Assembly: GCA_903847975.1 (NCBI GenBank)
Contig: CAINFC010000322.1
Location: forward strand, 12,405-76,404
Direction of reading: 5' to 3'
Origin: an uncultured Acidobacteriota bacterium
Lineage (GTDB): Bacteria; Acidobacteriota; UBA6911; CAINFC01
DNA: 64,000 nucleotides
In this document: piece by piece, positions 60,058 to 64,000 of the stretch
Position numbering within the stretch: the first letter of the stretch is position 1
Layout of the letters: every line of letters starts with the position of its first letter
Position numbers and translations under genes: made by a program
Notes under the pieces: model-generated
The model's input: only the letters and a program-made list of their open reading frames with translations
Databases searched by the model: none
Told to the model about the DNA's origin: nothing

Positions 60058-62007
60058 TTATTCCGATTCCTTCTCAAAAGAGAGTGCCTTCGACAGGCGT
60101 CCCAGCCCGCGGAATCCGTAAAGCAGGCAGAAACCGGCGAGCAGGCCCAGGGCGACCCAGATGCTGCCTTTCATCCAGGGGCGGTATACGAAAGAATCGC
60201 TCAGCTTGTCGATGTAGGTCCGGTCGAAAGATTTCTGAAACCAGCTCATCTCCCGGACCTGCTGCCGTTCGGCGGCTATGGGCGAGTCGACGGTCACCTG
60301 GCCGTAGAAGAAATTCTCATTTTTGGAGTGGCAGTCTTCGCAGTGGTTGACGCCCAAAGCCTGAGTGGCGGGGCGCACATCGTGGGCCATCGGCCAGTAG
60401 TAAGGCTTGGCCGCCTCGCTCTCCTCCTCCACCAGCCCGTTTTTCATGCCGTTCAGGGCATGCAGCTTGCCGCCGCTGACATAAACGGGGCGCCCGGCGC
60501 CCGGTTCGCTTTTGCCCAGGGCCTCCAGTAGCGAGGCCATCTGGGCAGCCGTCCAATCCGGCCAGCTGCCGTCGGCCGGGATTTTCCACTGTTCCATCAG
60601 CTTGCCGGCCTTCAGGCGGACGGTATCGGGCGGCAGAGGGCTGACTTTCCCGCCGGCTTCATATCCCCAGAAGGAAGGCCAGATCGCCTTATAGGTGCCG
60701 ATTCTGCCGTTTTCGTCTTCGGCCAGCAGGGGGTACTGGATGTGCGGAAGGGCCATCGGGGCCTTGTTGACATTGCGCATACCCAGGAAATGGGTCTGGC
60801 TGGTCTTCTGGTATCGCACCTGGCGATCCGGCCAGGGACCGGAGTGGCATGCCGTGCAGTGCAGCTTGGTAAAATGAATCGAAGGAAACCCCTTGTGGGT
60901 TGGCCGCGGAGCGGCCATGCGTCCGGCGGTCGGAGCCGCAGAGGCCCCGGTTGCCCCTTCGCCAAGATGGCATCCCTTGCAGGTCAGGGCGGCTGCGGCG
61001 GGATCGCCGCCCCGGGCTGATTCGCCTTCATATCCCCGGACGATGCGATGGTCAAGGCTGTTGCGATGGCAGTCCACGCAGGTGAACCCGCGGCTCATGT
61101 GGATATCTTCATCGGCCTTCCAGCGATCCACGCCGAGCTGTGCGGTGTCGGCGTTGGAGTGGCAGAAATAGCAGCGCTTGGCCGGTACGGTTCGAACCAG
61201 GTCAAAGGCCACTTTGCTGCCGGCCCAGAAGCGGCTTTCGGCGTAGGCGGTCTTGGGCTGCTTGTCCCGGAGGCCGTCTTCCACATTGCCCAGCAGATAA
61301 TCGTAAGTGGAAGGCATGGCGGAGGCGCTGCCGGTGACGGCGGCGAGACCGCTGGAGGCGGCCGGAGCCCAGCGGAAATTCTCCCGAAGAATCTGGATGG
61401 CATATTCCGCATGGTCGTAAGCCGGGCTGTCGTCATGGCAGGTCAGGCAGTTGACTTCCACTTCGCCGGACAGCTCCCAGCGCGCAGCCGGATCTTCTTT
61501 CCGGGGGTCGGCATCGGCGCTGATACCTCCGGCCGTCCTTCCGGCGAAAAGGCGCGCAAACTGCCAGCGCGAGATGCCTGCCTCCTGGGGATGAAAGGTG
61601 CCCGGCCAGTGGCGATAAGACAGGGGAATCTGGGTGCCCGTCTGGGCATCGGCGAGAATCCACGGCTGCCCTTTGCGGCCCGGCGGAATGCCATTCTCCG
61701 TGGAGTTGAAATGCCAGCCGTTCCGGATCATGTCGTAGTCGTGACACTCGCCGCAGGTCGTCCGCGTGCTGAAGGGCAACGGCGGTTTGACATCGGGCAG
61801 CACCACGTCGCCCTCGGCAATGCGTAGTGGAATCAGGTGCGCCGGGTGAGCCCGGCTTCCGTCGCTGAAGTCGCCCAGCTTCGGCTTCTTGGGTTCGGGA
61901 GGATTAGCGGGAGGCGGATCGGCTCCCTGAACTCCCCATGCGGCGGCGAAAAAAAGCAGGGTGCTGATCCTGAGGATCCTGCGGTAAGCCTCTCTGTTCT
62001 GCTTCAT
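60058..62007 (-). CDS. Membrane-anchored multiheme cytochrome c, seven CxxCH motifs
   Basis: CGECH, CLTCH, CYFCH, CVDCH, CKGCH, CTACH, CEDCH; N-terminal signal and C-terminal TM helix. Confidence 0.93.
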   Translation of the reverse strand: MKQNREAYRRILRISTLLFFAAAWGVQGADPPPANPPEPKKPKLGDFSDGSRAHPAHLIPLRIAEGDVVLPDVKPPLPFSTRTTCGECHDYDMIRNGWHFNSTENGIPPGRKGQPWILADAQTGTQIPLSYRHWPGTFHPQEAGISRWQFARLFAGRTAGGISADADPRKEDPAARWELSGEVEVNCLTCHDDSPAYDHAEYAIQILRENFRWAPAASSGLAAVTGSASAMPSTYDYLLGNVEDGLRDKQPKTAYAESRFWAGSKVAFDLVRTVPAKRCYFCHSNADTAQLGVDRWKADEDIHMSRGFTCVDCHRNSLDHRIVRGYEGESARGGDPAAAALTCKGCHLGEGATGASAAPTAGRMAAPRPTHKGFPSIHFTKLHCTACHSGPWPDRQVRYQKTSQTHFLGMRNVNKAPMALPHIQYPLLAEDENGRIGTYKAIWPSFWGYEAGGKVSPLPPDTVRLKAGKLMEQWKIPADGSWPDWTAAQMASLLEALGKSEPGAGRPVYVSGGKLHALNGMKNGLVEEESEAAKPYYWPMAHDVRPATQALGVNHCEDCHSKNENFFYGQVTVDSPIAAERQQVREMSWFQKSFDRTYIDKLSDSFVYRPWMKGSIWVALGLLAGFCLLYGFRGLGRLSKALSFEKESE

Positions 62008-62040
62008 GTATGGAATAGGGGGTCTGCAAAGGGTTATTGT

Positions 62041-63399
62041 CTAAACCTCGAACTCGCCGGGCGAGAACTCCAGCTTTATGGCTTTGTCCACTGCCTCGTT
62101 CACTTTCAGGACGGCAACGGCGGTTTCGAATCCGATTTCACCCGGGCAGTTCAGCTTCGCTTTTCCGCGGATGGAATCGAAGAAATTTTCCAGGTGAGGC
62201 TGGTGGTACTTCTTTTTCATGGGGACTGGAATGCTGTAACTCGGCGGGGGAGCGGTTTCCCGAACGTCCAGGGTGACGGCAGGCGCGCCTGCCGCCGGCT
62301 TCGGCTCCTCCTTGGGAGCCAGAATATAGCCCCGCTTCACCCACTGAGCCCAGTCCGGAGCGTTGCCCACATCCCGGTACAGGGCGCCCTTGCCGGCCGA
62401 CTCGCTGATTTCCAGGGTACCTTCGTCTCCCATGAACACTTCAAAGTAGCCGCCGAAGCCGTTGGTGGTCAAAGTCTGGTAGAAGGCACGGACGGTACCG
62501 CGCCTGGTCTGGTATTCGTACACCGTCAGGACGGTATCGTACCATTCGTGGGTGGCTTTGCTGTAATAGTCCGTTCCGCCGCTGGCAATCACCGAGCGGG
62601 GAGGAGTGCCCAGGAACCAGGTGAATATGTCGATCTGATGGGATCCAAGGTCGACGATCGCTCCTCCACCCAGGCCTTTGTACCAGCGCCAGTTGAGAAA
62701 CTGTTCCATGGAGCGGAAGCCGTACTTTTCAAGAGTGGCCTGAGGAATGTGGTACTTCTCGGGCATGGTCAGGAAATCTTTTTTGGCCCGATTCCACTGC
62801 CCGGCGATATTGGTGATGTTGCCGAGGAGCCGGGCCTCCTGGATCAGCTTCTGGTAGGCATGGATGTAACGCGGGTTGCTCCGGCGCTGGTGGCCGATCT
62901 GCAGAAATTTTCCGGTTTCGCGGGAGGTGCGCACCATCTTCCGGGCGTCCTCGAGATTGGTGGACATTTCTTTTTCGCAGTACACGTGCAATCCGGCCTT
63001 CATGCACTCGATGGCGTGTTCGGCGTGCCAGAAATCGGGCGTGGCGACGATCACCGCATCCAGGCGATCCTTCTCCGCGGCCAGCATCGCTTTGTAGTCG
63101 TTGTAGGGCCGGTTTTCGTGCTTGAATTTGGCCAGGCTGCGGGTCATCCGTTTGAGGTTGTACTCCTCCCAGATATCGCAGACAGCAACAAAGCGCACAT
63201 TGGGAATTTGCAGAGCGGCATCCACCAGGACCTGTCCCTGGGCGCCCGCTCCGATCAGGCCGACCTGAATTTCGTTGGTGATCCTGCTCCGGGCCGCCGC
63301 GGGACGAGAGGAAGAGATTAATAGCCCGGCGCCCAGACTGCCGGCCGTTGCCATGAAACCGCGCCTATCCATTGGGTTGATAGAGTTGTTTTCTGTCAT
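62041..63399 (-). CDS. Gfo/Idh/MocA family oxidoreductase with Tat signal
   Basis: DRRGFMATAG Tat motif; GLIGAGAQG, ATPDFWH, YCEKEM, QIGHQRRS, DLGSHQID. Confidence 0.94.
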   Translation of the reverse strand: MTENNSINPMDRRGFMATAGSLGAGLLISSSRPAAARSRITNEIQVGLIGAGAQGQVLVDAALQIPNVRFVAVCDIWEEYNLKRMTRSLAKFKHENRPYNDYKAMLAAEKDRLDAVIVATPDFWHAEHAIECMKAGLHVYCEKEMSTNLEDARKMVRTSRETGKFLQIGHQRRSNPRYIHAYQKLIQEARLLGNITNIAGQWNRAKKDFLTMPEKYHIPQATLEKYGFRSMEQFLNWRWYKGLGGGAIVDLGSHQIDIFTWFLGTPPRSVIASGGTDYYSKATHEWYDTVLTVYEYQTRRGTVRAFYQTLTTNGFGGYFEVFMGDEGTLEISESAGKGALYRDVGNAPDWAQWVKRGYILAPKEEPKPAAGAPAVTLDVRETAPPPSYSIPVPMKKKYHQPHLENFFDSIRGKAKLNCPGEIGFETAVAVLKVNEAVDKAIKLEFSPGEFEV

Positions 63400-63592
63400 G
63401 GTTAATTCTCCTTATCGAACAAATCCAAATATAAATACGCCTGTCTTTTTAAAATGTTACCTTGAACTTGCCTTGCCGAAGCATTGGGATTAAAAACCAT
63501 CTGGCGGAAAACATCAAGAGGATTTTTAGGGGGGAGGAGGAGACTATCCGGAACCCCTGGGGTTCTCGTCTTTTTGCGCCTTTATCGGGGGA

Positions 63593-63657
63593 GGATGAAG
63601 CGGTAATTAAGTCCCCCAACCCCTTTCGGGGTTCTGGGACTTTTTGCCGGGTCATCG
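63593..63657. repeat. Short element with the family A terminal motif and an internal hairpin
   Basis: Right end GACTTTTTGCCGGGTCATC is the exact reverse complement of GATGACCCGGCAAAAAGTC at 27033; internal AACCCC-TTTC-GGGGTT. Confidence 0.6.
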
Positions 63658-63713
63658 GGGAGGACGGAGGTGAAAAGAATCCTGACGGGGCGAAATGCTT
63701 CCCGTTCCGCACA

Positions 63714-63846
63714 AAGCCCCCGGGAAGCGATAGTGTATTGAAGAAAGAGCCCTGGAAGGGCGGCCTAAAGCAAACGGTAAAAAGGATTTAGGTCGCTATC
63801 ACAGGGCTCGGATTTTACAACCTTAACGATATCCGGTCTTTCGCCC
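63714..63846. repeat. REPIN-like element, family C, degenerate copy 2
   Basis: AAGCCCC(C)GGGAAGCGAT.GTGTATTG...GAGCCCTG.AAGGGCGGCCTAAA...TAGGTCGC...ACAGGGCTC collinear with 34876-34975. Confidence 0.75.
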
Positions 63847-63880
63847 CGCGCCAGGCTTGGCACAGGGCGTGCGGGAAGGG

Positions 63881-64000
63881 TTATTTTTTGACCAGACGAA
63901 TGCTGCCGTTGACGGTTTCCAGTTGGATTTTCCCTTTGCCGCTGCCCAGGGAACCGCTCATCTCTTTTCCCACCAGATGTTTCTTTACCTCGAAAGGAAA
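63881..64000 (-). CDS. C-terminal fragment of a probable DUF4097 beta-strand repeat protein (gene starts outside the window)
   Basis: Manual translation FPFEVKKHLVGKEMSGSLGSGKGKIQLETVNGSIRLVKK*. Confidence 0.7.
   Translation of the reverse strand, partial: FPFEVKKHLVGKEMSGSLGSGKGKIQLETVNGSIRLVKK

Noticed and set aside
63858-63873. Sigma54-like TGGCAC-N5-GTGC sequence
   Set aside because: Imperfect -12 element, and it points into the 3' end of a convergent gene with nothing to transcribe

Overview
GC-rich bacterial window, most likely Acidobacteriota (Oar-type TonB-dependent receptor, ADOP-type duplicated ABC permease, many Tat-signal enzymes; inferred from protein families only). It holds about 40 protein genes, with partial genes at both ends. 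I found no rRNA, tRNA, CRISPR array or transposase. Main blocks: (1) SWIM-SNF2 helicase, GH55-like beta-helix enzyme, a secreted protein ending in a Chloroflexota-type YLPxxxR tail, and a GT-C glycosyltransferase. (2) A LysR-controlled catabolic locus: cadherin-flanked MBL hydrolase, TonB receptor, carboxylesterase, Tat-type DUF362 and two enolase-superfamily dehydratases, and ApbE; it converges on a tannase. Paired ATTC-N7-GAAT boxes sit at two of its promoters. (3) HD-GYP regulator, hybrid kinase and REC-pseudokinase, coupled to Rieske-like and FGE-fold genes. (4) A sigma54-promoter efflux/ABC operon with its own two-component system. (5) A Tat-type Gfo/Idh/MocA enzyme with a HEAT-repeat protein. 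(6) A REC/NrtA-like binding domain/CheW fusion upstream of a large hybrid kinase. (7) The best candidate for an undescribed system: a six-gene operon encoding a Tat-type Gfo/Idh/MocA oxidoreductase, a membrane-anchored heptaheme cytochrome c, a cytochrome b-like protein, a discoidin-like protein, a TIGR03663/Agl23-like glycosyltransferase and a signal-less ApbE flavin transferase. Intergenic regions carry at least three families of miniature inverted-repeat elements (MITE/REPIN-like). All family assignments are by eye from motifs; no searches were run.
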